Shown here one piece after another: positions 7,405 to 18,789 of a stretch of 64,000 nucleotides of DNA. Under the pieces are notes generated by a model. The model saw nothing but the letters and a program-made list of their open reading frames with translations. It searched no databases and had not been told where the DNA came from. The DNA is from Candidatus Dojkabacteria bacterium (GTDB taxonomy: Bacteria; Patescibacteriota; Dojkabacteria; JAFGLO01). The translations under genes and the position numbers were made by a program. Within the stretch, counting starts at the first letter, position 1; the number at the start of each line of letters is the position of its first letter. The stretch is taken from positions 3,847 to 67,846 of the forward strand of contig JAFGLO010000015.1 in NCBI GenBank assembly GCA_016927995.1, in the 5' to 3' direction.

Positions 7405-10400
7405 ATGTCGCCTAAGACACCTTTCGCATGGGGTAATTATAAGAGAAGAGGTAAAGTTGAACGAGTGAATCTTGGTTTCGTAAAAAGAATCTCTGATCCA
7501 CCTTCACTTTTAGTTGCTCAGTTTAACTCCTTTGAGTGGTTTAAGCAAGAAGGAATTGACCAACTTTTCTCTTTAGTTAATCCAATTACTGACCCAACCG
7601 GGTCAAAATGGGAAGTTAAATTCCTGGATTTTCGATTTGGTGAACCGAACCGAACCGAAGATGAAGCTCTTCTTCGGGAATTAAGCTATGATGCTCCGGT
7701 TTATTCAACAATTAGACTTACAAACAAGCGTACGGGCATTGTAAAAGAAAAAGAAATTTTTCTTCTAGATTTCCCCGTAATCACTCAAAATGGCGGATTC
7801 GTTCACAATGGTGTTTCTCGAGCTGTTATTCATCAATTGATAAGAGCCGAGGGCGTTTCTTTTATGGAGGCTAAAAACAGTACTCACGATAGGGCTTTGT
7901 ATATGGCGAAATTAAGACCGCAGAGAGGTTCTTGGATCGAGTTTGTTGTAAATAGACAAGGTGTTATTTTTATAAAACTTATGCAGGGCAACGTAAGAAT
8001 TCCTCTTACAATGCTTTTAAAGGCACTCGGTCGTGGTTCTAATAGTGAACTGCTCGAACTTTTTGCCGATGTTGATATAGGTGAAATAAAATACATTGAA
8101 TCTTGTCTAAAGTATGACCTTACTGTAGGGCAGGAAGATGCCGCATTAACCATTTATCGAATGCTTCGTTCAGACGAAACGGTTGGCGTGCAAACCGCAA
8201 TCCGTTACATCCGCGGGCTTTTCTTTGATTCCAGAAAGTTTTACTTGGGCCGAGTGGGTAGGTATCAAATGTGTAAAAAGTTTGGGAAAAAGCTTGTTGA
8301 AAAAGAAAAGTTTTACAAATTAACTGTTGACGATATTATCGATATTTCAAAACGTCTTATTGAAATTAATAACGGTAATGCTCCGATTGACGATATTGAC
8401 GCACTTACAAATAGAAGGATCCGAAGTGTAGGTGAGCTTTTTGTAAGTCAGCTCGAACAAGGCGTTTTGCGAATGGAGAAGAATATTCGTGACCGACTTA
8501 GTATGTATGGTGACGACGCAAAAATTAATCCTAAGCAGGTTGTTAATGCAAAGCCATTAAGATCAGTTGTTGATATGTTTTTAGGAACAAATAGTCTTTC
8601 AAGGTTTATGGATCAGGAAAATATATTAGCCGAACTCGAAAACAAGCGACGTGTTACTGCAAGTGGACAGGGTGGCGTAAGTAGCGATAGAGCCACGTTT
8701 TCAATTCGAGATATCCATTTTTCACAATATGGTCGAATGTGTCCCGTAAAAACTCCTGAAAAAATGAACATTGGTGTTGTTACTCACCTCGGATTGTACT
8801 CAAGAATAAATGACTATGGGTTTATTGAGGTCATGTACAGAGTAGTAAAATCATCACTTAGTGTTGGTAAAGACAGCATCTTAAATAGAATCCCAAGGGA
8901 AGACATAAAAGCCGGTTCTAAAATCCTTATAAAAGCAGGTGAACTAATTACAAACGAAATAGTAAAGTCTGTTGAAAAGGAATTAAAAGGTAAAGATCTT
9001 TTAGTCAGACCTTTTATTACGAATAAAATAATATGGGTCGACCCGTATCAGGAATTAGAATTGGTTTCTGCGCCTTCAACTGTTGAGCAGGACGAACACG
9101 GAAATATTCTTGCCGAAATAATCCCGGCTCGAAACAAAGGCACCTTTGGAAACGTATATGCTAACGAGCTTAATATTGTTGATGTTTCGCCGAGCCAGGT
9201 TGGAAGTGCAAGCTTGGCCCTTATTCCTTTTGCCGGAAATACCGACTCTGCCAGGCTTCTAATGGGTACCAACATGACAAACCAGGCCGTTCCTTTGGTT
9301 ACGCCTGAGGCACCTATTGTTGGTACAGGTTTCGAGAGGTTTGTTGCGAAGGAATCCGGGTGGGGAATTTATGCCGATTTTGACGGCGAAATTACTTACG
9401 TAGATGCAGAAACAATTGAACTTTCCGTGAAAGGACGCCAAAAGCAAAAATATAAGCTAACTCGATTTAAACAGTCTAATCAAAACACTTCATTTACACA
9501 GCTTTCCAAGGTTTCAGTCGGAGATAAAGTTAAAAAGGGTGATCTTTTGGCCGATGGACCATCTATGGCTAACGGTGAATTGTCAATAGGTCGAAATCTT
9601 TTGGTTGCTTACATGTTTATGGATGGGTTTAATTTCGAAGATGGATTTGTAATATCTGACAGGCTTGTTAAACATGACCTTTTAACATCGGTTCATGTTA
9701 GTACTCATAGTGTTGATGTTCGTGAGACCAAGTTGGGACCGGAGGTTATAACTCGAGATATTCCAGGTGTTTCCGAACGAGCTCTAAGACATTTGGATGA
9801 TAATGGAATTGTACGGGTTGGTGCAAATGTTACCGGTGGTGATGTTTTGGTAGGAATAATTGCACCTAAGGGTGAACATGAACTTTCGGCGGAAGAAAAA
9901 CTTTTACGTGCAATCTTTGGTGAACCTTCACGAGAAGTGGCCGATAACTCGCTTAGAGTTCCCTATGGAGAAGACGGGGTTGTTACTAAGGTGCATATTC
10001 TTTCTTCGGAAAAAGGAGACAGATTGAATGCAGGTGTAATTAAACAGGTTAAAGTTTGGATTGCAAGCACAAAGAAGGTTTCATTTGGAGATAAGCTTGC
10101 CGGACGATACGGTGACAAAGGGACTGTAACAAAGATTTTGCCGGCAGAAGATATGCCGTATATCGAGGGTGGACGAACAGTTGATGTTGTACTAAACCCA
10201 CTTGTTATAAAACGTATGAACCTGGGGCAAATTTTGGAAACATATTTTTCTAACGTAGCATATTCTGCAGGTGTTAATGTGGCAATGCCAAGTTTCGAAG
10301 ATTATGACAAGGAATGGTTTAACGGGAAAATAAAAGAATTAGGGCTTTCGGATACAAACAAGGTAAACATGTACGATGGTCGAACCGGTGAAAAGTTTGA

Positions 10401-10815
10401 TCAGCAGGTTGCAGTGGGCTGGCGTTACCTTATGAGACTAAAGCATATTGCAAGTGAAAAGATTCATGCAAGGTCAACGGGTCCATACACTATGGTTACG
10501 CAACAGCCACTTGCAGGTAGGTCTCATAGAGGTGGACAGCGTTTTGGTGAAATGGAAGTATGGGCGCTTGAGGCTTATGGTGCTGCACACACACTTCAGG
10601 AGATGCTTACAATAAAATCAGATGATGTAGATGGACGATCGGCTGCTTACAAAGCGATTCTTAGTGGTGAAAAGGTTGAAGTGGTAAAAGTCCCTGCATC
10701 GTTTTCCGTACTTGTTCGTGAACTTAACTCGTTGGGTCTAAATGTTGAACTTTTAAGAAACCCCAAAGAAGAGTGGCGTTCCGAAGACAAACCGGAACTG
10801 GATACAAATAAATAA
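7405..10815 (+). CDS. rpoB: DNA-directed RNA polymerase subunit beta
   Basis: 1136-aa ORF with canonical RpoB motifs (..GEMEVWALEAYGAAHTLQEMLTIKSDDVDGR..). Confidence 0.97.
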   Translation: MSPKTPFAWGNYKRRGKVERVNLGFVKRISDPPSLLVAQFNSFEWFKQEGIDQLFSLVNPITDPTGSKWEVKFLDFRFGEPNRTEDEALLRELSYDAPVYSTIRLTNKRTGIVKEKEIFLLDFPVITQNGGFVHNGVSRAVIHQLIRAEGVSFMEAKNSTHDRALYMAKLRPQRGSWIEFVVNRQGVIFIKLMQGNVRIPLTMLLKALGRGSNSELLELFADVDIGEIKYIESCLKYDLTVGQEDAALTIYRMLRSDETVGVQTAIRYIRGLFFDSRKFYLGRVGRYQMCKKFGKKLVEKEKFYKLTVDDIIDISKRLIEINNGNAPIDDIDALTNRRIRSVGELFVSQLEQGVLRMEKNIRDRLSMYGDDAKINPKQVVNAKPLRSVVDMFLGTNSLSRFMDQENILAELENKRRVTASGQGGVSSDRATFSIRDIHFSQYGRMCPVKTPEKMNIGVVTHLGLYSRINDYGFIEVMYRVVKSSLSVGKDSILNRIPREDIKAGSKILIKAGELITNEIVKSVEKELKGKDLLVRPFITNKIIWVDPYQELELVSAPSTVEQDEHGNILAEIIPARNKGTFGNVYANELNIVDVSPSQVGSASLALIPFAGNTDSARLLMGTNMTNQAVPLVTPEAPIVGTGFERFVAKESGWGIYADFDGEITYVDAETIELSVKGRQKQKYKLTRFKQSNQNTSFTQLSKVSVGDKVKKGDLLADGPSMANGELSIGRNLLVAYMFMDGFNFEDGFVISDRLVKHDLLTSVHVSTHSVDVRETKLGPEVITRDIPGVSERALRHLDDNGIVRVGANVTGGDVLVGIIAPKGEHELSAEEKLLRAIFGEPSREVADNSLRVPYGEDGVVTKVHILSSEKGDRLNAGVIKQVKVWIASTKKVSFGDKLAGRYGDKGTVTKILPAEDMPYIEGGRTVDVVLNPLVIKRMNLGQILETYFSNVAYSAGVNVAMPSFEDYDKEWFNGKIKELGLSDTNKVNMYDGRTGEKFDQQVAVGWRYLMRLKHIASEKIHARSTGPYTMVTQQPLAGRSHRGGQRFGEMEVWALEAYGAAHTLQEMLTIKSDDVDGRSAAYKAILSGEKVEVVKVPASFSVLVRELNSLGLNVELLRNPKEEWRSEDKPELDTNK

Positions 10816-10831
10816 TATTTTTTGAATATTT

Positions 10832-13800
10832 ATGTTAGATCTTAGACGGGAGATCAAGAACTTTGACGCGATAAAAATATTACTTGCGTCTCCGGAGGAT
10901 ATACTTAGATGGTCACATGGGGAGGTAACTAAACCCGAAACAATTAACTACCGAACGGGTCGTGCCGAAGTTGATGGACTTATGTGTGAAAAAATTTTCG
11001 GACCTGTGACAAGCTATCAGTGTTATTGTGGAAAATATAGGAAAGCCAGGTATAAAGGAATTGTTTGTGATAAGTGTGGTGTCGAAGTAACCAAGGCTGA
11101 TGTTCGAAGAGAGCGAATGGGTCATATAAAGCTCGTAATCCCGGTTGTACATGTATGGTATGCGCACAGTATTCCAAGCAAGTTATCTATAATCTTGGAT
11201 ATCTCCCAGAAAGACTTAAGATCCGTGATTTATTACACAAGGTTTATTATTACTACAATCGATGAAACAAGGCGAGCCGACGCATTAAAGTTGGTCGAGG
11301 AGTATAGTGAAAAGCGAGTCGGCGAATTAAAAGAAGAGGAAGGTTTAAGGATTAATGATCTTGAAGAGGAGAAGAAGTCCGAAATAAAAGCACTAAAAAA
11401 ACAAAAACTTGATAAAGAAAAATATACGATTCAGGAAGGCTTAATCGATGAGAACTATAAACGACTTGTAGGAGAAGTAAAACGCGATATCAAAGGAGAA
11501 TTAGATGATGTTGAGAATGAAATTCAGCGACTATCTGATCTTGTTAAGAATTTGCGTGTAAAATCAATAATCACCGATGACGAGCACTCTCTAATGAACG
11601 ATGCCGGTATTGATTTCTATTCAGCAATGATTGGCGCCGAGGCAGTTGAACACCTCTTAAAGCAGGTTGATCTTGCTGCCGAGGAGAAAATGCTAAAACA
11701 GAAAATTGTTGATGCCGCAGGAAGACAAAAGGCAAATGATATCCGAAGGCTAAAATACATAACCTCAATGATTAAAAACAAGGTAAAGCCTGAGTGGATG
11801 ATTGTTCACGTTATTCCTGTAATTCCACCTGACTTAAGGCCTATAATCGGATTAACCGGTGGTCGATATGCCGTTTCGGATCTAAATGATCTTTATAGAA
11901 GGGTTATTAACAGAAACAACCGACTAAAGCGCTTGATCGAAATAAATGCACCCGAAGTTATTTTGCGGAATGAAAAGCGGATGCTTCAGGAATCAATTGA
12001 TTCACTAATCGATAATGCACACACACCACACAAGCCGGTACTTAATTCAAAGAGAATTGCGTATAAATCACTTACGGATCAACTTCGTGGTAAAAAGGGT
12101 AGATTCAGAAGGAACTTACTAGGTAAGCGTGTTGACTATTCCGGACGTGCAGTTATTACCGGGGATCCAACGTTAAGTCTTTACGAATGTGGAATTCCGA
12201 AAGTAATGGCACTTGAACTTTTTAAGCCGTTTATTATTCACGAGCTTATTGATCAGGGTCATGCAATTAACGTTCACGAGGCGAAGCGTATTATAAATGA
12301 TGAGGAAGTAATCGTTTGGGATACTCTCGAGAAAATTCTAAAGGATCGCCCCGTTCTACTTAATAGACCACCAACACTTCATAAACAGAGTTTACAAGGG
12401 TTCTATGTTAAGCTTGTAGAGGGAAGTGCAATCAGGTTTCATCCGTTAGTTTGCGGAGGATACAATGCTGACTTCGATGGCGACCAAATGGGAGTTTTTG
12501 TTCCACTTACCGACGAGGCTGTAGAGGAAATAAAAACCAAAATGCTAACAAAGTACAACATTCTTAAACTTGCAAACGGTGAATCCGTAATTTCTTTGTC
12601 AAAAGATATGGTTTGGGGTGTTTATTATATAACTCAGGATCCGGTTGATAAGCCCAAGCGAGTTTTTGCGGATACTGATTCTGCAGTTGGTGCCTTTGAG
12701 GCTGGTTTTCTTGGAATTAGAGATCCTGTCGTTACCGAGACAAAAGCCGGAGTTATCGAAACAACCGTTGGTAGAGTTTTGTTTAACGAAGTTTTTCCCA
12801 ACGAAATCCCTTACATAAACGAGCTTATGAATAAGCGAAAAATTAATAATATAATTGCTGAGTTTGCCGAGACAATGGATCCCGACCTGTTGGTTAGTCT
12901 TCTTGACGGACTAAAGAACTTAAGCTTTAAATATGCCACCGTCTCGGGATTTACAATTGGAAAGTCCGATCTGACTTCATATCAGGGCAAGCTTGGCGAG
13001 ATTGATAATGCTACAAAATCCGAGTCAGAGATTCTTGAAAATTATGAAGAGGGACTTATTACTCAAGAAGAGAAAGAAAGATTGATTCAGGAACTTTGGC
13101 TTGATACAACAGAGAATCTTGCCAACAAATCATGGGAAGATCTTCAAAAGAATGTTGAAAACTCGGTTTATATGCAGATAGAGGCCAAACTATCGGGAAC
13201 GATTGACAACTTAAAGCAGGTAGTTGCTATAAAAGGACTTGTTCGAGATCCTTCCGGTAAGTGGGTGAACCTTCCAATTAAAAGTAATTATACCGATGGA
13301 CTTTCCGTTTTCGAATTCTTTGTTGCGGCACGTGGTGGACGCAAGGGTCTTGCCGATACGGCATTAAGAACTGCCGATAGTGGATATTTAACAAGAAAGC
13401 TTGTTGATGTATCGCACACATCAATTGTTCGCATGGATGATTGCGGATACTCCGGCGAGGGTGTTGAACTTCACAAGAACTCTGCGCGTGAAATTGATTA
13501 TTATTCAAACATTAAAGGAAGAACAGTAGCTGAAGATATTGTCGACCCCAAAACCAAAAAAGTTATTCTTAAAAAGAACGAAGTTATTGACAGAGATATC
13601 GCTAAATTTATTGATCAATGCGAAAAGATAGAGTCAATAAAGGTAAGATCACCACTTTTATGTGAATCTCCGGTTGGACTTTGTCAGAAGTGTTATGGAT
13701 CTGATATTGGTACAGGAAAATTGGTTGAAATCGGAAAAGCCGTTGGAGTTATTGCATCGCAGTCTGTAGGTGAAGCTTCAACGCAGATGACGCTTCGAAC

Positions 13801-14737
13801 TTTTCACTTTGGCGGTTCTAAAGTTAAAGATATTACCCAGGGTGTGCCTAAGCTTGTTGAACTTTTCGAGGTTAGAAATCCAAAGTTTGCTGCCAAATTG
13901 TCCTCGTTAACCGGAAAGGTTAGCCTTAGGAAAACCAAGGCTACAACTGTTGTTGAAATAAATGGCCGAAAGCAGCAAAAGATAAGATATATTATTGAAG
14001 GTGTAAAAGAAATAAACGTAAAAGATGGGGATAACGTCAAAAAGGGAGAAGATCTTTTCAAGATTGACGACAAAAAGAAAGTTATTGCCGTTATGGACGG
14101 AGAGGTTTTTCTGTCGGGTGACGTACTTACTCTGACAGGTGAGGTTTCTTCCGTGGAGCGGTTTAGATTTAGAGAAACGACACAGGTTATAGTAAAAGAT
14201 GGTGATAAAATAAAGGCCGGTGATCCCATAACCGAAGGTAACATTCCTCCTAAAGACCTTTTTGATGTAACTGACATTATTACAACTCAAAAGTTTATAA
14301 TAGAAGAATTGCAAAGAGTGTATAAAGATCAGGGTATTGAAATAAGTGATAAGCACCTCGAGGTACTTGTCAGGCAGATGAGTAAGAACGCATTAATAAT
14401 TCATCCGGGTGACAGTGACTATGTAATTGGTGAGGTAGGCGATAAATACTTAATGAAGCTTAAGAATGAAATACTTATGAAGTCCGAAAAACGTCCAATT
14501 GTTTTTGAACCATTGTTAATTGGCGTAACGGCATCATCACTTAGGGCCGAAGGAATTTTATCGGCACTTTCGTTCCAGGAGCAGGTAAGAGTATTAACGG
14601 ATGCTTCATTAAAGGGTACGGTTGATCACTTGGTTGGATTCAAAGAAAATGTAATAATTGGAAGGTTGATTCCAACAGGCGAAGATGCTCGGATAAAAGC
14701 ACCGGAGGATCTTCCTTACGTAAAAGGACTTGTTTGA
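10832..14737 (+). CDS. rpoC: DNA-directed RNA polymerase subunit beta'
   Basis: 1301-aa ORF with the NADFDGDQM catalytic motif and zinc-binding Cys residues near the N-terminus. It ends with TGA. Confidence 0.97.
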   Translation: MLDLRREIKNFDAIKILLASPEDILRWSHGEVTKPETINYRTGRAEVDGLMCEKIFGPVTSYQCYCGKYRKARYKGIVCDKCGVEVTKADVRRERMGHIKLVIPVVHVWYAHSIPSKLSIILDISQKDLRSVIYYTRFIITTIDETRRADALKLVEEYSEKRVGELKEEEGLRINDLEEEKKSEIKALKKQKLDKEKYTIQEGLIDENYKRLVGEVKRDIKGELDDVENEIQRLSDLVKNLRVKSIITDDEHSLMNDAGIDFYSAMIGAEAVEHLLKQVDLAAEEKMLKQKIVDAAGRQKANDIRRLKYITSMIKNKVKPEWMIVHVIPVIPPDLRPIIGLTGGRYAVSDLNDLYRRVINRNNRLKRLIEINAPEVILRNEKRMLQESIDSLIDNAHTPHKPVLNSKRIAYKSLTDQLRGKKGRFRRNLLGKRVDYSGRAVITGDPTLSLYECGIPKVMALELFKPFIIHELIDQGHAINVHEAKRIINDEEVIVWDTLEKILKDRPVLLNRPPTLHKQSLQGFYVKLVEGSAIRFHPLVCGGYNADFDGDQMGVFVPLTDEAVEEIKTKMLTKYNILKLANGESVISLSKDMVWGVYYITQDPVDKPKRVFADTDSAVGAFEAGFLGIRDPVVTETKAGVIETTVGRVLFNEVFPNEIPYINELMNKRKINNIIAEFAETMDPDLLVSLLDGLKNLSFKYATVSGFTIGKSDLTSYQGKLGEIDNATKSESEILENYEEGLITQEEKERLIQELWLDTTENLANKSWEDLQKNVENSVYMQIEAKLSGTIDNLKQVVAIKGLVRDPSGKWVNLPIKSNYTDGLSVFEFFVAARGGRKGLADTALRTADSGYLTRKLVDVSHTSIVRMDDCGYSGEGVELHKNSAREIDYYSNIKGRTVAEDIVDPKTKKVILKKNEVIDRDIAKFIDQCEKIESIKVRSPLLCESPVGLCQKCYGSDIGTGKLVEIGKAVGVIASQSVGEASTQMTLRTFHFGGSKVKDITQGVPKLVELFEVRNPKFAAKLSSLTGKVSLRKTKATTVVEINGRKQQKIRYIIEGVKEINVKDGDNVKKGEDLFKIDDKKKVIAVMDGEVFLSGDVLTLTGEVSSVERFRFRETTQVIVKDGDKIKAGDPITEGNIPPKDLFDVTDIITTQKFIIEELQRVYKDQGIEISDKHLEVLVRQMSKNALIIHPGDSDYVIGEVGDKYLMKLKNEILMKSEKRPIVFEPLLIGVTASSLRAEGILSALSFQEQVRVLTDASLKGTVDHLVGFKENVIIGRLIPTGEDARIKAPEDLPYVKGLV

Positions 14738-14789
14738 TAAAGTCCCTAAAATATGGTATAAATACGAGCTAAATTTTGTTCTACAGAAC

Positions 14790-15203
14790 GTGCCAACAAT
14801 TAACCAGTTAATAAGAAACGGTAGAAAAAAGGTTACCAGAAGAAAGAAATATAGAGATCTTGCTATTGACCACAATAAGATTAAAAATAAATATACAGAA
14901 AGGGCTAATCCCTTTAAACGAGCAGTTGTTTTACAGGTTAAGACGATGACACCTAAAAAACCTAACTCTGCAACACGAAAAATTGCAAGGGTTAGACTTG
15001 CTAACGGTCGAGAGGTTACTGCATATATTCCCGGTATAGAGCATTCCATCCAAGAGCACGCCGTTGTGCTTGTTAAGGCCGGTCGAAAGCAAGATTTACC
15101 TGGTGTAAGGTATCAAATTGTTCGTGGCGTATATGATGTCGAGGGTGTTGTTAACAGAAAACAGAGTAGGTCAATATATGGAGTTAAAAAATCAAAAGAT
15201 TAA
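14790..15203 (+). CDS. rpsL: 30S ribosomal protein S12 (GTG start giving [14 protein letters not shown]..; an in-frame ATG at 14730 overlapping the rpoC end is less likely)
   Basis: Contains ..[73 protein letters not shown].. There is a ~17-aa insertion after the N-terminal basic segment. Confidence 0.9.
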   Translation: MPTINQLIRNGRKKVTRRKKYRDLAIDHNKIKNKYTERANPFKRAVVLQVKTMTPKKPNSATRKIARVRLANGREVTAYIPGIEHSIQEHAVVLVKAGRKQDLPGVRYQIVRGVYDVEGVVNRKQSRSIYGVKKSKD

Positions 15204-15223
15204 TTATTAGTTGTTTTAAATAA

Positions 15224-15691
15224 ATGAGAGGAAAACGTGCAAAGCACCGAAAACCAATTCCAGATGTAAAGTACCAGAGTGTGTCGGTTGAGAGACTTAT
15301 CAATCGGGTCATGCAGGGTGGTAAAAAAACTCAAGCCACAAAAGCTGTTTATTATGCAATGGAGCAGGCAGCTTCAAAGTTAAATGAATCGGCTCTTGTT
15401 GTTCTGGAAAGGTCATTAAACAATATAAAGCCCGTAGTTGAACTTAGATCACGTAGAGTTGGTGGTGCTAACTACAGCGTTCCGGTTCCCGTAACCGAAG
15501 CTCGACAAGAAACATTAGCAATTCGTTGGCTTGTTGAAACCGCCAGAACAGCCAAAGGCATAAAGTTTAGGGAATCACTACTTTCAGAGCTTGTTGCAGC
15601 GTATAACGGTTCGGGAGAAGCCGTCAAAAAGCGTGAAGGTGTCGAAAAAATGGCTGAAGCAAACAGAGCCTTTGCTCACTTTAAGTGGTAA
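15224..15691 (+). CDS. rpsG: 30S ribosomal protein S7
   Basis: 155 aa; MRGKRAKHRKPIPDVKYQSVSVERLINRVMQGGKK..ANRAFAHFKW matches S7. Confidence 0.95.
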   Translation: MRGKRAKHRKPIPDVKYQSVSVERLINRVMQGGKKTQATKAVYYAMEQAASKLNESALVVLERSLNNIKPVVELRSRRVGGANYSVPVPVTEARQETLAIRWLVETARTAKGIKFRESLLSELVAAYNGSGEAVKKREGVEKMAEANRAFAHFKW

Positions 15692-15834
15692 ATTCAATAT
15701 TCAGTTAGTAGTATGCAACTCGTAAATCCAGGTATACGATTTCTTTAGGTGATGTTTGGTGTAGCTACATGAACTTGATATTTTCCTTATTATTTCTTAT
15801 ACTTTAGAAGATCATTACTTTTACTGCCTAATGC

Positions 15835-16371
15835 ATGTATAGCGATAGCATAAACTTGTTAAGTCCATCAACTGTTCCCAAAAACAAGAAAGACGTCTTT
15901 CTAAATTGGATATTACTTTGGGGTAGAATTCTATCACTCATTACCGCTGCTTTCCTCATAGGAGTCTTTGTCTATCGACTGTATTTGGATACCAAACGTA
16001 ATAAACTTGAGGAAGATGTTGATTCATACATAATAACGTTAAATCACATGAAGGAAAAAGAGATCGAGGTTTTGACCCTTCAAAAAATATTGGCGGAGGT
16101 ATCTTATTTAAAGGCCGGGCAGGGATTAATAACTGACAGGCTATTTATAATTACAGAATATCTGTCCGACGTTGAGCTTGAAATAGTAGCAATGACTCAG
16201 GAGAGAGCAGATTTTGAATTTATTGTTGATAGCTACGAAGAATTATACGAAATAGAAAGTAAGATGCGTGAAGATAGTCGAATCCAAAGTCCCGGACCAA
16301 GCTTTAGTGTTGATGAAACAATCAAAACAGACTCGGAGATTCGAGTTGTTGGTGTAGTTAAGTTTGAATAA
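15835..16371 (+). CDS. PilN-like type IV pilus assembly membrane protein (hypothetical)
   Basis: N-terminal ..SINLL.. motif, then basic residues, then a single TM helix (FLIGVFVYRLYL), then a coiled-coil region. This is the PilN architecture (INLLP motif), assigned by pattern only. Confidence 0.35.
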   Translation: MYSDSINLLSPSTVPKNKKDVFLNWILLWGRILSLITAAFLIGVFVYRLYLDTKRNKLEEDVDSYIITLNHMKEKEIEVLTLQKILAEVSYLKAGQGLITDRLFIITEYLSDVELEIVAMTQERADFEFIVDSYEELYEIESKMREDSRIQSPGPSFSVDETIKTDSEIRVVGVVKFE

Positions 16372-16389
16372 TTAAAAGTCGTAAATACG

Positions 16390-17079
16390 ATGCCAGATAA
16401 CATACAAAATCCCGAAATAACTCAGCAGCCGGTAGCAATGGTAGCGCCTGCACAGGGAATGAAAATACAGGAAATAAGATCCGGAACCTATGCAACCCTT
16501 AGGCGGATATTTCTGTCTACACCGGAACGAAAATCGTATACAATGCTAGGATTAACACTTATTGCCGTTGTTATTGTTATTGTGTTTGTTATTAGACCTA
16601 TGCTGATTACCATAGCCGATCGAAGAACGGAGATATCTATTCTTACAACGGACAGTAAATTTCTTAATGAACGTATAAGTACCGTTTTATCAATTCAGGA
16701 AGATATGGCACGTTATAAGGATGAACTCTCAACATTTTTCGATTATTTTCCCGGTGATCAAAATATAAGTGAGATTCTTAGGGACTTATTTTTTTCTGCA
16801 GAAAACCTGGGGCTTACAGTAGTGGATATTAGTGCCGGTAGGGCTGATTATCTTGAAAATACGTCAACTGCACTTGTTCCGGGTTGGTTAACGGTTACGG
16901 TTTGGGGTACAAATTTTGACAGCATTCTTGGTTATATAAATGAGGTCGAGGACATGCCAAACTATCCGTCAGTTGAGCAGATTACGATAACCGTAGATGA
17001 TGGGATGTACAGACTTATATGCAGAGTTCCGATAAGTACCGTTAATTCCAATATTATATTATTTAAAGAAACCCAGTAG
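16390..17079 (+). CDS. PilO-like membrane protein (hypothetical)
   Basis: Single TM (LGLTLIAVVIVIVFVIRPMLI), followed by coiled-coil and periplasmic-type domains. It lies immediately downstream of the PilN-like gene. Confidence 0.3.
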   Translation: MPDNIQNPEITQQPVAMVAPAQGMKIQEIRSGTYATLRRIFLSTPERKSYTMLGLTLIAVVIVIVFVIRPMLITIADRRTEISILTTDSKFLNERISTVLSIQEDMARYKDELSTFFDYFPGDQNISEILRDLFFSAENLGLTVVDISAGRADYLENTSTALVPGWLTVTVWGTNFDSILGYINEVEDMPNYPSVEQITITVDDGMYRLICRVPISTVNSNIILFKETQ

Positions 17080-17265
17080 GTGAGAGCAAACGTAATAATT
17101 ATTCTTGCACTCCTAATTTCGGGATTAGTAGGAAGTCTTATTTTGGAAATTGCTTTCAAAGTTGAAAAATATGACTCGTCCAGAATAAACGATTTAAGAT
17201 CAGCTCAAATGGAGTCAAGTCTTGATCTCGAGCTTGTGTTTGATGTAGTTAGCCGATCTAGATAG
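17080..17265 (+). CDS. Small membrane protein, 61 aa (hypothetical)
   Basis: ORF abutting the PilO-like stop; N-terminal TM helix. Weak support. Confidence 0.2.
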   Translation: MRANVIIILALLISGLVGSLILEIAFKVEKYDSSRINDLRSAQMESSLDLELVFDVVSRSR

Positions 17266-17270
17266 TAATT

Positions 17271-18374
17271 CTAAATGGTTTTTGTAATGTATTTATCGAG
17301 CTGTTGTTTTTTACTCATTTCTTTTAACTTTTTAAGGGCTTTTGCTTCAATTTGTCTTATCCGCTCGCGAGTTACGTTAAACTGAAGCCCTACCTCTTCG
17401 AGTGTCCTCGAGATTCCATCCCTAAGACCAAAGCGAAGTCTTAATACCTCTGCTTCACGTTGTGGAAGTTGATCCAAAAGAGAGGCCAACTGAGCTCTTA
17501 GAAGCTCCTGTTCCGCAAAATCCTCGGGAGATATTGATTCTTCATCGGCTATCATTTCCTCTAGTACACTTTTATCGTCATCTTGGAGTGTAGTAGTAAG
17601 TGAAATAGGAAGTCGAGCAACTTTTATTACCTGTTCAACCTTTGAAGCCTCTATCTCCATTTTTTCGGACAGTTCATCGATTGAAGGCTTTCTCCCAAGT
17701 TCCGCAGAAAGTTCTGCGTTTACTCTTGCAAGTTTGTTTATTGTTTCAATCATATGAACGGGTACACGAATAGTTCTTGCCTGATCAGCTATTGCACGTG
17801 TAATAGCTTGTCTTATCCACCAAGTTGCATAGGTAGAAAGTTTGAAACCACGCTTGTAATCGAACTTTTCAATGGCTTTAATTAAGCCGACATTTCCCTC
17901 TTGAATAAGATCAAGTAGGTCCATCTGACCCTTTGAATATTTTTTAGCAATACTAACAACTAACCTTAGGTTGGCCTTTATTAGTAAATCTTTTGCCTCG
18001 GAATCACCTTCTGCATAACGTTTTGCCAAGATAACTTCTTCTTCGGCAGTAAGAAGAGGGATCTTTCCGATCTGATGAAGATACGCTCTAATTGCGTCTT
18101 TTGAGGCATCGGCTTGGATACTTTTTAGAATTTCGAGTTTCTTTTCAAAAGTGATATCTGTGGATTTTGTTGTGGTTTCGCCTGTGGATTCTTCTTGATC
18201 GATTATTGCAACGCCCTCATTTTCAAAGAGTGCCAGGATTTCTTCGAGGGTATTAATATCATCCTCGATGGTCAAAAACTCTGAAAGGATATCATCTTGA
18301 GTAAGAAAGCCTTGAGCTTTTCCCTTTTCCAAAAGCGCCTTAATACTAACGTTTTTCTGCAAATTGTCTTTCAT
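17271..18374 (-). CDS. rpoD: RNA polymerase sigma-70 factor
   Basis: 367 aa; contains ..[50 protein letters not shown].. and the region 4 HTH. Confidence 0.9.
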   Translation of the reverse strand: MKDNLQKNVSIKALLEKGKAQGFLTQDDILSEFLTIEDDINTLEEILALFENEGVAIIDQEESTGETTTKSTDITFEKKLEILKSIQADASKDAIRAYLHQIGKIPLLTAEEEVILAKRYAEGDSEAKDLLIKANLRLVVSIAKKYSKGQMDLLDLIQEGNVGLIKAIEKFDYKRGFKLSTYATWWIRQAITRAIADQARTIRVPVHMIETINKLARVNAELSAELGRKPSIDELSEKMEIEASKVEQVIKVARLPISLTTTLQDDDKSVLEEMIADEESISPEDFAEQELLRAQLASLLDQLPQREAEVLRLRFGLRDGISRTLEEVGLQFNVTRERIRQIEAKALKKLKEMSKKQQLDKYITKTI

Positions 18375-18449
18375 ACCGCTTGAAATTTGTTAAGTAAATG
18401 TCGTAATATATTATACGGGTTAGATATAACATGTGCAACGTTGTCTTAC

Positions 18450-18779
18450 ATGGATAAAAAGGCGTTACTAAACATTGCTGCAAAGTTCTGTGATAGGTGT
18501 GGCAGTCCATACAATCCCGAAGATCTTGATGTTGTAAAAGAGTTTGGGGGCACATTAATTTTGATGCTTAGGTGTCATAACTGTGGAGTCTCTCACATGG
18601 TAAACATTGCATTAAACAAAGGGGTTGGTACACGGTTTATGTTAAATACCGATCTTATGGTTGATGAAATGAAACGGGTTCCAATAGGTAGGGCAATCAC
18701 CTCAAATGAAATGCTGGACCTTCACGCCGATCTTGCAAAAAAGATTAAAACCATAAAAAATCTTAAAGAGCAATTCTAG
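18450..18779 (+). CDS. Zinc-ribbon (CxxC..CxxC) hypothetical protein
   Basis: Starts MDKKALLNIAAKFCDRCGSP..RCHNCGVSH. The ORF-track start at 18387 is a TTG; the ATG at 18450 is preferred. Confidence 0.4.
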   Translation: MDKKALLNIAAKFCDRCGSPYNPEDLDVVKEFGGTLILMLRCHNCGVSHMVNIALNKGVGTRFMLNTDLMVDEMKRVPIGRAITSNEMLDLHADLAKKIKTIKNLKEQF

Positions 18780-18789
18780 GGAAACAAAT

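Noticed and set aside
13804-14356. Two overlapping minus-strand ORFs (157 and 149 aa) and similar antisense ORFs inside rpoB, rpoC, dnaK (31422-32623 +) and the Cys-rich gene (44677-45177 +)
   Set aside because: All lie within strongly supported conserved genes on the opposite strand. Their translations are low-complexity with no motifs, so they are shadow ORFs.
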